Source: Candidatus Methylomirabilales bacterium
Lineage (GTDB): Bacteria > Methylomirabilota > Methylomirabilia > Methylomirabilales > 2-02-FULL-66-22
DNA: 41,158 bases
NCBI GenBank assembly: GCA_044451055.1
Contig: JBIOJT010000001.1
Coordinates: forward strand, 1 to 41,158
Direction: 5' to 3'
Both the position numbers and the translations under genes were made by a program. This document shows positions 8,730 to 19,326 of this stretch, in pieces. The notes beneath the pieces were generated by a model. The model was not told where the DNA came from. It saw only the letters and a program-made list of their open reading frames with translations, and made no database searches. Each line of letters starts with the position of its first letter. Within the stretch, counting starts at the first letter, position 1.

Positions 8730-9491
8730 ATGACGCTCGAAGGGAAGACCGCCGTCGTTACCGGTGTCACCAGCGACATCGGACGGGCCATCGCGCTGCG
8801 TCTGGCGGCCGAGGGAGCTGCCGTGGCCGTGACCGGCAACACCCCCGCCAAGGTGGCAAGGGTCGCGAAGGACTTGGAGGGCGCGCGGGCGCGGTTTTTT
8901 GCCGAGGCGCTCGATCTCGCCGCGCCAGAGACGGTAGAGCAGCTCTTCGCGCGGGTCGCGGAGCGATTCGGCCCCACGGATATCCTGGTGAACGGAACGG
9001 CCTGGCGCGTACGCTCGTCGTTTCTGGAGACGACCTATGCGGACTGGCGGAAGCCTTTCGCGGGCTGCGTGGATAGCTACTTCTACTGCAGTCTCGCCGC
9101 AGCGCGGCAGATGGTTCCGCGAAAATGGGGGCGGATCATCCACGTCGGCTCCATCGCCGGCGCAGTGATGATGGCCCCCTTTGCGGCGTACACGGCCGCC
9201 AAGGGAGCCGTGCACGCCCTCGCCAAGGCGATGGCGATTGACCTGGCTCCCCACGGGATCACCGTCAACGTGATGGCGCCGGGAATCGTCGAGTCCCAAT
9301 ACTTGCGCGCCAACGTCACGCCGGCGGCGATCGCCAAGCGCCTGGAGCGGATTCCGATGGGCCGACTCGCCAGCCCCGAGGACTGTGCAGCGGCCGTGGT
9401 CCATCTGGTCTCCCCGGATATGAACTACGTCACCGGGCAGATCCTGTACGTGGACGGTGGCTTCCTGAGCGCCGGGGTGATCGCGAAGTAG
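8730..9491 (+). CDS. Short-chain dehydrogenase/reductase (SDR)
   Basis: 253 aa. TGVTSDIGRAIA glycine-rich motif and YTAAK catalytic motif. GGAGGG RBS. Confidence 0.9.
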   Translation: MTLEGKTAVVTGVTSDIGRAIALRLAAEGAAVAVTGNTPAKVARVAKDLEGARARFFAEALDLAAPETVEQLFARVAERFGPTDILVNGTAWRVRSSFLETTYADWRKPFAGCVDSYFYCSLAAARQMVPRKWGRIIHVGSIAGAVMMAPFAAYTAAKGAVHALAKAMAIDLAPHGITVNVMAPGIVESQYLRANVTPAAIAKRLERIPMGRLASPEDCAAAVVHLVSPDMNYVTGQILYVDGGFLSAGVIAK

Positions 9492-9547
9492 GCCGCAAGG
9501 GCAGGACCAAGGGGATTCGTGTCTCGGCTTGAAGGGGGTCGAGGACC

Positions 9548-10447
9548 ATGGCACAGGTAGTGGCCTTCATTGGCTTGGGCATCATGGGCGGGCGGATGGT
9601 GAAGAACGTTCTCAAGGCAGGCTTTGCCCTCCGGGTGTACAACCGGACGGCCGCCAAGACCGAGGAGGTGCGCAAGCTGGGCGCGACGGCGACCGCATCG
9701 CCGCGGGAGGCGGCCGCCGGGGCCGATGCGGTGATCACGATGGTCTCGGATCCGGCCGCTCTTGCCGCGGTCCTCGAGGGGCCAGACGGCGCCTTCGCCG
9801 GTTGCCGCCCCGGAACCCTGGTCATTGATATGAGCACGGTGGACCCTGGTACCAGCCAAGCGATGGCGGCCCGGGCCCAGGCGCTCGGCCTTCGCTACGT
9901 CGAGGCTCCGGTGACCGGGGGTGTCGGGGCCGCCGAGCAAGCGACCCTGACGATCATGGCCGGAGGCGCAGTGGAAGATTTCACCGCCGCCAGGCCGCTC
10001 CTCGAGACCATGGGCAAGAAGGTCCTTCACGTCGGGCCGATGGGCCAAGGGTCGGTCCTGAAGCTCTCGGCCAATCTCGTAGCCGCCTCCATCGTCACCG
10101 CCATGAACGAGGGCCTTGTCCTGGCGGCCAAGGCCGGTCTGGACCCGGCCCTGGTGGCCGAGGTTTTGGCGGAACGCTCACCGCTCATCGGACGGGCGGC
10201 GCCGAGGGTGCTGGCCGGTCAGTTCACAGCCAACTTCCCCCTCAGGCTTTCCCACAAGGACGTTTCCCTGGCCCTCGTCACGGGCCGACGCCTGGGCGTT
10301 CCACTGTTCGGCTTGGCCGCGGTGGCGCAACTGCAGACCGCTGCCCTGGCGAAGGGCCTGGGAGAGCTTGACCAGATCGCGACCATCCAGGTGCTCGAAG
10401 AGATCGCGGGGGTCCAGGTCCGCCGAGCCGCCCCGGTCAAAACCTAG
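9548..10447 (+). CDS. NAD(P)-dependent beta-hydroxyacid dehydrogenase (3-hydroxyisobutyrate / tartronate-semialdehyde reductase family)
   Basis: 299 aa. N-terminal VAFIGLGIMGGRMVKN Rossmann motif, ...DMSTV..., ...APVTGG..., ...KD..L, typical of the HIBADH family. Confidence 0.9.
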   Translation: MAQVVAFIGLGIMGGRMVKNVLKAGFALRVYNRTAAKTEEVRKLGATATASPREAAAGADAVITMVSDPAALAAVLEGPDGAFAGCRPGTLVIDMSTVDPGTSQAMAARAQALGLRYVEAPVTGGVGAAEQATLTIMAGGAVEDFTAARPLLETMGKKVLHVGPMGQGSVLKLSANLVAASIVTAMNEGLVLAAKAGLDPALVAEVLAERSPLIGRAAPRVLAGQFTANFPLRLSHKDVSLALVTGRRLGVPLFGLAAVAQLQTAALAKGLGELDQIATIQVLEEIAGVQVRRAAPVKT

Positions 10448-10448
10448 C

Positions 10449-10491
10449 CCGAATCGGACACAGGGTGACCGACTTCTGTGATTCGATTCGG
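10449..10491 (+). terminator. Stem-loop immediately after the dehydrogenase stop codon (no U-tract)
   Basis: CCGAATCG (10449-10456) pairs perfectly with CGATTCGG (10484-10491), with additional inner pairing ACACAG/CTGTGA. Confidence 0.3.
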
Positions 10492-10651
10492 CCGGCCGGC
10501 ATCGCCGTGGCAGCGCCGCGATGGCGTCCGCTTGACAGTTGAAGGGTTCGGGACCTAGACTCCCGCCCACGTCTGCAGGTTCCGATCGGAGGCGCCGGCG
10601 TGTTCGGTCACGGGGCTACGACGGTCGGCGGATTGCGGGCGGGGGGGGCGA

Positions 10652-11269
10652 GTGGTCGAGATCGAGGCGGATCTGGCGCTGGTGGAGCGTTTGCGGGGCG
10701 GGGATGCGGCCGCGCTCGAGACGCTCATGGAGCGCTACGCATCCCGGGTCTACCGGCTGGCATACGGGATCACTCGCAACGAGGCGGACGCGGAAGAGGT
10801 GGTTCAGGATGTCTTCCTGACCGTCTTTCGCAAGATCCACACCTTCGAGGGTCGGGCCGCCCTGGGGAGCTGGATCTACCGCGTCAGCACCAACGCGGCC
10901 CTGATCAAACGGCGAGGGAAGCGGGCGGAGGTCGAGGTGTCCCTCGACTCTCAGCTCCCGACCTTCCTGCCGGACGGGCACCGGGCGGGCGACCCGGCCT
11001 TTGTCATGGTGGACTGGTCGCAGACGCCCGAGGCGGACCTCTTATCACGGGAGACCCGCGAGATCCTGCACAAGGCGATTGACGCCTTGCCGGACCGGCA
11101 CCGGTTGGTGCTCGTCCTCCGGGACGTCGAGGGACTGTCCAATGAAGAGGTGGCCGAGGTCGTGGGCGAATCAGTGGCCGCGGTGAAGTCCCGGCTTCAC
11201 CGGGCGCGCATGGCGCTCCGCGAGAAGCTGACCAGGCACCTCGGCCCGGGCGAGGGCAGTGCGGACTGA
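10652..11269 (+). CDS. ECF-type RNA polymerase sigma-70 family factor
   Basis: 205 aa. Region 2 (RVYRLAYGITRNEADAEEVVQDVFLTVF) and region 4 (LPDRHRLVLVLRDVEGLSNEEVAEVVGESVAAVKSRLHRAR). GTG start. Confidence 0.9.
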   Translation: MVEIEADLALVERLRGGDAAALETLMERYASRVYRLAYGITRNEADAEEVVQDVFLTVFRKIHTFEGRAALGSWIYRVSTNAALIKRRGKRAEVEVSLDSQLPTFLPDGHRAGDPAFVMVDWSQTPEADLLSRETREILHKAIDALPDRHRLVLVLRDVEGLSNEEVAEVVGESVAAVKSRLHRARMALREKLTRHLGPGEGSAD

Positions 11270-11361
11270 GGCAAGCCACCCCGTGAGGGCAGCCGCGCCG
11301 AAGCGGACGAGCGCGCCTGAGCGGATGCTCGCAGCGCGCCGCCATCGGGAGTGAAACCAGA

Positions 11362-11613
11362 GTGGCTCGAGTGACTTGCAGGCAATTCATCCTCGACTTT
11401 CTGGCTGATTACCTGGACGCGAAGCTCAGCCCCGAGATCGCGGCGGACCTGGAGCGGCATCTGGCGATTTGCCCGCCGTGCGTGGCCTACATGAACACCT
11501 ATAAGAGAACCCGGGAGCTGGTTGGCCAGACGGCCCCGGCCGAGATGCCCCAGGACATGAAGACCATCTTGCGCAAGTTCCTGTTGGAGCAACTCGCCAA
11601 GGAGCAGTCCTGA
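11362..11613 (+). CDS. Small soluble zinc-binding anti-sigma factor (ZAS, HxxxCxxC)
   Basis: 83 aa, no hydrophobic segment. C6 ... H33-LAI-C37-PP-C40 matches the ZAS motif layout. Located directly downstream of the ECF sigma gene. Confidence 0.7.
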   Translation: MARVTCRQFILDFLADYLDAKLSPEIAADLERHLAICPPCVAYMNTYKRTRELVGQTAPAEMPQDMKTILRKFLLEQLAKEQS

Positions 11614-11723
11614 TCGTTCTCCTCTGACCCCTGCTTCCTCTCTCTGTTTCCCCGGATCCCCGGCCCCCTCTTCCCTCGGCGACCCTCGGCAACTCCTCCT
11701 TCGTCGGCGTTCAGTCCAGGGCC

Positions 11724-12779
11724 TCAACAGATGCGCGGCAGTTGCTCCCCGCTGAGCATGTCCACGACGCGGCTGGCCCCGATCCGGCTTCGCATGGTCA
11801 CGAGGCCGGAGGCGTCCTCCGTCGCTTGGCCGATGAGACAGGCCTCGGCCCCCAACGGGTGTGCGCGCATGACGCGAAGTGCGCGCTCGGCCTCGGGGGC
11901 GGGAAGGATGCAGATGAATCGTCCCTCGTTGGCCACGTACAGCGGGTCGAACCCGAGGATCTCGCACGCGCCCTGCACGTCCTCCCGGACGGGGATGCTG
12001 CCTTCGTCGATGCTGATCGTGAGACGCGCGGCCTCGGCGATCTCGATCAGGGCGCTCGCCAGCCCCCCGCGCGTGAGGTCGCGCAGGCAGTGCACCTCGA
12101 TCCCCGCCTCCAGCAGGCCCCCCACCAGACCGGCGAGGGGCGCGCAGTCGCTCTCGATCGTCGTCTCGAAGTCCAGCCCCTCCCGCACGGCCATGATGGC
12201 GATCCCATGGCGTCCGATGTCCCCGTTGAGGAGGACGGCGTCGCCGGCGCGGACGCTCGCGGGGGTGATGGTGAGGCGGTGGGAGATGGCGCCAATGCCC
12301 GCCGTGGCGATGAAAATACCGTCTCCCTTGCCACGATCCACGACCTTCGTATCCCCGGTCACAAGCTGAACCACCGCGGCGTCCGCGGCCTGCCGCATGG
12401 ATTGCACGACCTGCCACAAGGTCTCCATTGGGAGGCCCTCTTCGAGGATGAAGGCTGCGCTGAGATAGAGCGGGCGGGCGCCGCACATGGCCAGGTCGTT
12501 GACGGTGCCGTTCACGGCCAGGCTGCCGATGTCGCCGCCCGGGAAGCAGAGCGGCCGCACGACGTAGGCATCCGTCGTGAAGGCCAATCTCATGCCGTCC
12601 GCGGGGAGCACCGCGCCATCGTGCCGCACGTCGAGGAGGGGATTGCGGAACGCGGGGACGAACATCCGCTCGATGAGCTGATGCATGAGCGTTCCGCCGC
12701 CGCCGTGGGCGAGCAGGACGTGGGGATAGTCATTGATCGGAATGGGGCAGCTGAGGGAGAAATCCGGGAGGGTCTCCAT
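11724..12779 (-). CDS. hypE: Hydrogenase maturation carbamoyl dehydratase HypE
   Basis: 351 aa, PurM-like fold sequence, ending in the diagnostic C-terminal PRIC motif. Confidence 0.95.
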   Translation of the reverse strand: METLPDFSLSCPIPINDYPHVLLAHGGGGTLMHQLIERMFVPAFRNPLLDVRHDGAVLPADGMRLAFTTDAYVVRPLCFPGGDIGSLAVNGTVNDLAMCGARPLYLSAAFILEEGLPMETLWQVVQSMRQAADAAVVQLVTGDTKVVDRGKGDGIFIATAGIGAISHRLTITPASVRAGDAVLLNGDIGRHGIAIMAVREGLDFETTIESDCAPLAGLVGGLLEAGIEVHCLRDLTRGGLASALIEIAEAARLTISIDEGSIPVREDVQGACEILGFDPLYVANEGRFICILPAPEAERALRVMRAHPLGAEACLIGQATEDASGLVTMRSRIGASRVVDMLSGEQLPRIC

Positions 12780-12782
12780 GGG

Positions 12783-13900
<1,118 letters not shown>

Positions 13901-13904
<4 letters not shown>

Positions 13905-14155
13905 GCGGACCCCGGCGTTCGCTCGTTGATCTCCTGGATCTGCTGCAGGTATTCCAGGGTGCGGGCCGCCTCCTCCTGGTCCAGGACGCTGATGGCCAGC
14001 CCGGCGTGCACGATGACGTAGTCGCCGATCTTCGCCTCGGGGACGCAGGTCAGATTGACCTCTTTCAGAATCCCGCCGAAGCTCACCTTGCCCGTGCGCG
14101 CGAGCGGGTCATCACCCGTGATGCTCAGGAGCTTTCCCGGGACGGCGAGACACAT
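13901..14155 (-). CDS. hypC: Hydrogenase assembly chaperone HypC
   Basis: 84 aa starting MCLAVPGK (canonical HypC N-terminus). It is embedded at the 3' end of track ORF 13901-14929. Confidence 0.9.
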
Positions 14156-16470
14156 TGGCTTTCCTCCATTGCGCGGGAAGCCGCCACGACCTGTCCCAGG
14201 GCGATGCCGCCGTCGTTGGGCGGAATGCGCTGGTGCCAGTAGGGGCGGAAGCCCTCCGCCCGCAGGCGGCGCACGGCGCGTTCGGTGAGATAGCGATTCT
14301 GGAAACAGCCGCCCGTGAGGACGATGCGTTCCTCCCCGACCTGCTCGGCCACGGCGACGATGCCCTCGACGAGGGTGTTGTGGAACCTGACCGCGATCTG
14401 GGCCACAGGGGCGTCGCCACTCAGGTCGGCCAGGACCTGCCAGACCAGTGGCTCCCAATCCAGGACGAGAGTGGATGGTTCTTCTGAGATCCGGACGGGG
14501 TAGGCTTCGTCCGTCTCGATCCCGCCCCCCGCCCACTCCAACTCCATGGCGGCCTGGCCTTCGAACTGGGGGCCGAGATGGAGTGCCAGGATCGCAGCGA
14601 CCGCATCGAAGAGCCGGCCGGCGGACGACGTGCGGGGCGCGTTGATCTGCTTGGTGAGCATCCCCTCGAGGATCCCTCGTTCCCGGGGTGAGAACGCCCG
14701 CACCGGGGCAAACTCCTCCATGGCGAAGAGGGCGTCCCCGAAGAGTTCGTACAGGAGGCCGATGGCCGCCCGCCGCGGCTCCCTGACGGCCTGCTCTCCC
14801 CCGGGAAGGCGAAACGTGCGGAGGTGCGCCACCCGCTGGAATGTCGCGGCCGTCGGCCGCAGGAACTCGCCACCCCAGACCGTGCCGTCGAGGCCGTAGC
14901 CGGTCCCGTCCCAGGCGACGCCCAGGCACGGACCCTCCAAGGCGTTCTCTGCCATGCAGGACAGGACGTGCGCGTGATGGTGCTGGACGCGGATGACGGG
15001 CAACCCGGTCCGCAGGGCGAAGTAGGTGGAGAGGTAGTCGGGATGGGCATCAGCCGCGACAGCGGTTGGGTGGAGGTCATAGAGTGTCTCCAGGCTGGCG
15101 ATCACGGAACGAAACGCGTCGAAAGCCTGGGCCGTCTCCAGGTCGCCGATGTGCTGGCTGACGAAGACCTCCGGCCCGACCGAGGCGGCGACGGCATTCT
15201 TCAGGTGCGCCCCCACGGCCAAGAGCGGCGGCAGCGATCGCGCGAGGTGGATGGGGAGCGGGGCGTATCCCCGCGCGCGACGGAGGATGAGTTCGCGGCC
15301 CAACAGGATGCGGGCGACGGAGTCATCCACGTGCCGCGCAATCGGCCGGTCGTGTACGAGGAAGTAATCGGCCACACCGTCGAGCCGCTCCACGGCCTCC
15401 CGCTCGTCCGTGCAGATCGGCTCGTCCGAGAGGTTGCCGCTGGTGGCGACCACGGGGAAGCCCAACTCCTGGAGCAGGATGTGATGGAGCGGGGTGTATG
15501 GAAGCATCACACCTAGATATGGATTGCGGGGGGCCACCTCAGGGGCGATCGGCTCCATAGGAGGGTCGGAACGACGCGCGAGAAGGACGATCGGACATTC
15601 TGGGGAGGAGAGCAGGCGCGCCTCGAGGTCAGAGACCTGGCAATAGACCCTCGCTGAATCGAGCGATGGAACCATCAAGGCGAGCGGCTTCTCCTCGCGG
15701 TGCTTCCGCTCCCGCAGGCGGAGGAGCGCGTCTTGGTTTCTCGCGTCCGCCAGCAAGTGGAACCCCCCGAGCCCCTTCAGCGCCAGGATCCTGCCGGCCC
15801 GAATGGCGTCCGCGGCGAGTTGCAGTGCGTCTTGTCGCGAGGCCAGGACGTCCCCCGCCTGGTTCCACAAGGCCAGCTGCGGCCCACAGGACGGGCAGGC
15901 AAGCGGCTGGGCATGGAATCGCCGGTTCTCAGGGTCCTCGTATTCCCGGCGGCACGCCTCGCACATGACGAATCGGGCCATCGTGGTGTTCGGCCGGTCG
16001 TAGGGAAGCGCGGTGATGATCGTGAAGCGCGGGCCGCAGTTGGTGCAGTTCGTGAAGGGATACAGGTAGCGCCGGTCGGTGGGATCGAACAACTCGCGGA
16101 GGCAGTCAGGGCATGTGGCGATATCCGGCAGCACCAGGGCGGTGGTCGCGCCACTCCCGTCGCTTTCGCGAATGGAGAAGCCGGTCATGCCGATGGCGTC
16201 CAGGAAGAAGGATTCGAGGCTCTGGATGGAGGCCCGCGGCGGTTTTTCCTTCTCGACACGCAAGAGAAACGCGTCGAGATCCTCCTTGTTTCCCTCGACC
16301 TCGACGAGCACCCCCCGTGGCGAATTCACCACCCAGCCGGAAAGCCGCAGCTCCGTTGCCAGCCGGTAAACGATGGGGCGGAAGCCCACGCCCTGGACCG
16401 CCCCATGCAGCATGAGACGGAGACGCACTCGTTCCTCGTTTGTTGCCAAGGTGTCACGCACAGCATCCAT
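14125..16470 (-). CDS. hypF: Carbamoyltransferase HypF
   Basis: 781 aa from MDAVRDTL. Acylphosphatase domain (HGAVQGVGFRP), two CxxC-x18-CxxC zinc fingers, and YrdC-like and Kae1-like domains. The track ORF extends to 16692 without support. Confidence 0.95.
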   Translation of the reverse strand: MDAVRDTLATNEERVRLRLMLHGAVQGVGFRPIVYRLATELRLSGWVVNSPRGVLVEVEGNKEDLDAFLLRVEKEKPPRASIQSLESFFLDAIGMTGFSIRESDGSGATTALVLPDIATCPDCLRELFDPTDRRYLYPFTNCTNCGPRFTIITALPYDRPNTTMARFVMCEACRREYEDPENRRFHAQPLACPSCGPQLALWNQAGDVLASRQDALQLAADAIRAGRILALKGLGGFHLLADARNQDALLRLRERKHREEKPLALMVPSLDSARVYCQVSDLEARLLSSPECPIVLLARRSDPPMEPIAPEVAPRNPYLGVMLPYTPLHHILLQELGFPVVATSGNLSDEPICTDEREAVERLDGVADYFLVHDRPIARHVDDSVARILLGRELILRRARGYAPLPIHLARSLPPLLAVGAHLKNAVAASVGPEVFVSQHIGDLETAQAFDAFRSVIASLETLYDLHPTAVAADAHPDYLSTYFALRTGLPVIRVQHHHAHVLSCMAENALEGPCLGVAWDGTGYGLDGTVWGGEFLRPTAATFQRVAHLRTFRLPGGEQAVREPRRAAIGLLYELFGDALFAMEEFAPVRAFSPRERGILEGMLTKQINAPRTSSAGRLFDAVAAILALHLGPQFEGQAAMELEWAGGGIETDEAYPVRISEEPSTLVLDWEPLVWQVLADLSGDAPVAQIAVRFHNTLVEGIVAVAEQVGEERIVLTGGCFQNRYLTERAVRRLRAEGFRPYWHQRIPPNDGGIALGQVVAASRAMEESQCVSPSRESS

Positions 16471-16664
16471 CGAGAGGATTCTAGGGGGGGAAAGGCGGCC
16501 CCGCAAGCAGATTAGGCCTTTGTCTGGTCGATCAGGAAGGGAAGGGAAGTGGACTAGTCGTTCGGCATTCCGCCGGGCCGGATCGGGCGTATATGATCTG
16601 CGCGTGGGGGACGGGCACACCGGGGCGAACGTACCGCCGACGGCTGGGGGAGTCAAGGGGAATC

Positions 16665-16728
16665 GGAGCGCCGAGCAGCCAGGGCATAGCACCGAGTGCC
16701 GAGGGATGAATAGGGAGCGCCGAGCAGC
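16665..16728. repeat. Two copies of GGAGCGCCGAGCAGC 49 nt apart, plus further GCCGAG-type partial copies
   Basis: Read directly at 16665-16679 and 16714-16728, with partial copies at 16691-16703 and 16729-16745. Located ~200-270 nt upstream of the hypF start. Confidence 0.4.
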
Positions 16729-16906
16729 GAGCGCCGAGCGTCGAGATGGAGGGAGAGCCAGGGACGGGAAGCAAGAAACAGCTGGCAGCGATCAGCAGGC
16801 AGCGGGCAGCGGAAGAACGGAGGAGTGGAGACACGCGACAGGCGGCTCCACGCTTGTCGTAAGCGCCAGGAAAGCCCCGGATACGGAGAGCGCGTGCGTT
16901 GGAGGA

Positions 16907-17038
16907 TTACCGCCGGCCGGGCCGCACCTGCTCCTGGACCGCGGGCCTCGGCCGGCGCTTCTTGAGTTCCAGCAGGACAAAGGTGAGGCCGGCGACGAAC
17001 GGGATGGACGCCAAAAGCAACCAGCAGAATTCCAGCAT
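16907..17038 (-). CDS. Possible 43-aa single-pass membrane peptide
   Basis: MLEFCWLLLASIPFVAGLTFVLLELKKRRPRP... One hydrophobic helix followed by a basic tail. GGAGG lies 8 nt upstream of the ATG. No family recognised. Confidence 0.25.
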   Translation of the reverse strand: MLEFCWLLLASIPFVAGLTFVLLELKKRRPRPAVQEQVRPGRR

Positions 17039-17487
17039 GGGTCGCGCCTCCAGGGGGCGAGCATAGCGGGAGCCGAGCATCCACCCGGCCGCCACGTCGC
17101 CTGTCTCTCTATCGACAGGCTGAAGACAGTTCTTGGATCCTAACCGTGCGCGCGGGGCGGAGGGAGTCTGCGCGCGCCCATCCGAGACCACGTGCCGGGA
17201 AGCCCCGGACTTTCTGATGCGCCATCCAGCGACACGCCCCCACGATGGATCCCAAGACAGAGGATCCCGTACTCCAATCGCGGCTGCCGACACGACACCC
17301 CGGGGTGCACCTCCCTGTACCATCCGGGGGGCCTGCGGGCGATCCCAATCGGATTGCCTCGGCTTCCGGCTCCGCCGGATCGGAGCGGGATCGCGGCCTC
17401 CTCACGAAAATGCGTTCGGGAACGCGGCGGCGTGAGGCGGCTAAATGTCGTACGCCCACTAGGGGCGCAACCGGTAACCAGGGAGAG

Positions 17488-17709
17488 CTATCCCCCGGCG
17501 GAACACGACTCCACCCGCCGACCGCGGTCGGGATACGCGAGCCACGGATCAAAGCGGGTGAGGGGCCGGAGGACGGCGAGACCGGGCTGGCAGACTGGAC
17601 AAACCCGGTGCGACGGCTCCCGACTCGGGAATATCCTCTCGCACTGGATGCAGGGCCGGTGCGCGGCGCCTCGCGGGGGCCGAGGAGAAGGAAGGGTGTC
17701 CGGATGCAT
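17488..17709 (-). CDS. Possible 73-aa zinc-ribbon protein
   Basis: GGAGG lies 7 nt upstream of the ATG. CIQC-x14-CPVC arrangement. Mostly G/C at third codon positions by eye. No family recognised. Confidence 0.35.
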   Translation of the reverse strand: MHPDTLPSPRPPRGAAHRPCIQCERIFPSREPSHRVCPVCQPGLAVLRPLTRFDPWLAYPDRGRRVESCSAGG

Positions 17710-18504
17710 GGGAATGCCTCCTTCTGCCGTTGGACCAGTCACGCCCTTCCGTGGCCGCTTCCCAGACAGGCCGCAGGGGCACTCCTTCAAGCAGCAAGAC
17801 TCATTCCCGGACCCTTGAGACCCCTGTCTCGCGGCGGGGCGGCCCAAGATTTCAACGTGTTGCGAGGAATTGTTCTCACCTGAACTCCAGAAGTCTTCAG
17901 GGCAGAGGAGAACCAGGAACGAGGCAGACACTGCAAGATTTTCCCTGTGGTCCATACAAAGTCCGTCCTCCAACATTCCCCGCTCTGGTAAGCTCTCCCC
18001 CGGAGGATGCGCCCCCAAGTGTTTCACGGCGATTTCCAGCCTGAAATGGGGGAGACCCGAATGAAATGCGTAGTCAGGAGCCGCCGGATCGATTCTTCTC
18101 GGGCACACAACATTTCGCGCTACCTCCGACCCCTTGCTGGCCTCGCAGTTGCACGAAAGAGCAGGGCTTGTCCCGGGGCACCCACCGCTTCGGTGTCTCC
18201 TCTCCACGGGTTGTGCGAATCTCGCCAGCGCAAGCGGAGATGCGGAAGCACTTAACTCCCCGTGAAGGCAGCGATGTTCCCGTTCCGGACGTTCGAGGGT
18301 GCCCGGGGTGCCGCACGACCGCGAAGGGGGGTAGCAGTGAAATTCTTCCCTCTGGCAGGCCCGGAGGGTACGACTTCTCGCATGGGGCTACGCCAATTTT
18401 GCACACCCTGGAGGATAGTCGTTTTCGCCGATCGTCTCGGACCAAACCGCCGAGCCGCCGACTGATGGCTCGCTCTTTCTCGTTTTCAAGGGGGGAATGG
18501 TGGA

Positions 18505-19326
18505 GTGTGGCTGAAGGCAGATTTGCATCTTCATACGTGTGAGGGGCCGGAACGCATCGTCCGCTGGACGCCCCGGGAGTTGATCGATCTCGCGGCCCGG
18601 GCGGGTTACCAGGTCTTGAGCATTACTGACCATGATCGGCTAACCTACAATTCGTCTCTCGCCAGCTACGCGCAAGATCGGGGTATCGTTCTGATCCCTG
18701 GCGTCGAAGCTACGGTCGAGGGCCGCCATGTGCTGCTCTACAACTTCCCACATCCCCCCGAGGCCCTGCGCACCTTCGGTGACATCCGGCGACGCAAGGG
18801 GCCCCACAGCCTCGTCATCGCTCCCCACCCGTTCTTTCCGGGACCGACCTCGCTGCGGCAGAGGCTCGTGGAAAATCTGGATCTGTTCGATGCGATCGAG
18901 TACTGCCACTTCCACACCGCGCGGCTCGACTACAATCGTCCTGCGCTCCGCCTTGCCCGAGGCCGTGACCTCCCGTTGGTGGGGAATTCGGATGCCCATC
19001 TTCCCTGCCAGTTCGGGACGACCTACTCGCTCATCGAAGCCGAGCCGACCACTGAAGGGGTGCTCGGTGCGGTCCGCGCCGGTCAGGCACGTTTTGTCAG
19101 TCGACCCCTCAAGACGAGCGCACTGATTACAGTGGGCCTGGTGCTAACCGGCGGGGCACTACTTGGGCCGGAATCATGGATCGTGCGGTTGCTCGAGGCA
19201 GGCCTCGGAGTGAACAACATCGGCGCCCCTGCTGAGGCCGGGGCATCCCCTCTGGCCGAGAGGTTACGAGGCGTGCCGCAGGCCCCAGCGGCATCGGGCG
19301 CGGGGAGCCTTCAGTCTTCGAGTTGA
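18505..19326 (+). CDS. PHP-domain metal-dependent phosphoesterase
   Basis: 273 aa. N-terminal ADLHLHT and ITDHD motifs, and a later NSDAH. Possible C-terminal hydrophobic segment. GTG start. Confidence 0.8.
   Translation: MWLKADLHLHTCEGPERIVRWTPRELIDLAARAGYQVLSITDHDRLTYNSSLASYAQDRGIVLIPGVEATVEGRHVLLYNFPHPPEALRTFGDIRRRKGPHSLVIAPHPFFPGPTSLRQRLVENLDLFDAIEYCHFHTARLDYNRPALRLARGRDLPLVGNSDAHLPCQFGTTYSLIEAEPTTEGVLGAVRAGQARFVSRPLKTSALITVGLVLTGGALLGPESWIVRLLEAGLGVNNIGAPAEAGASPLAERLRGVPQAPAASGAGSLQSSS

Noticed and set aside
10550-10573. ECF-type promoter-like GGGAC-N15-CGTC, and TTGACA at 10532-10537, upstream of the sigma factor gene
   Set aside because: The spacer is shorter than the usual 16-17 nt and the -35 lacks the AAC core. 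The TTGACA has only a poor -10 (CTAGAC). This is not enough to call a promoter.
16665-16812. Possible CRISPR array or minisatellite in the GCCGAG/GCAGCG-rich region
   Set aside because: There are only two exact 15-nt copies, the partial copies are irregular, and there is no repeat-spacer periodicity or nearby cas genes.
17198-17216. Minus-strand GAAAGTCCGGGG resembling the RNase P RNA P4 element (GGAAAGUCCGGGC)
   Set aside because: None of the other conserved RNase P blocks (AGGGUGCCAGGUAACGCC, ACAGAA-CCGGCUUA) are present on that strand nearby. It is an isolated 12-mer match only.
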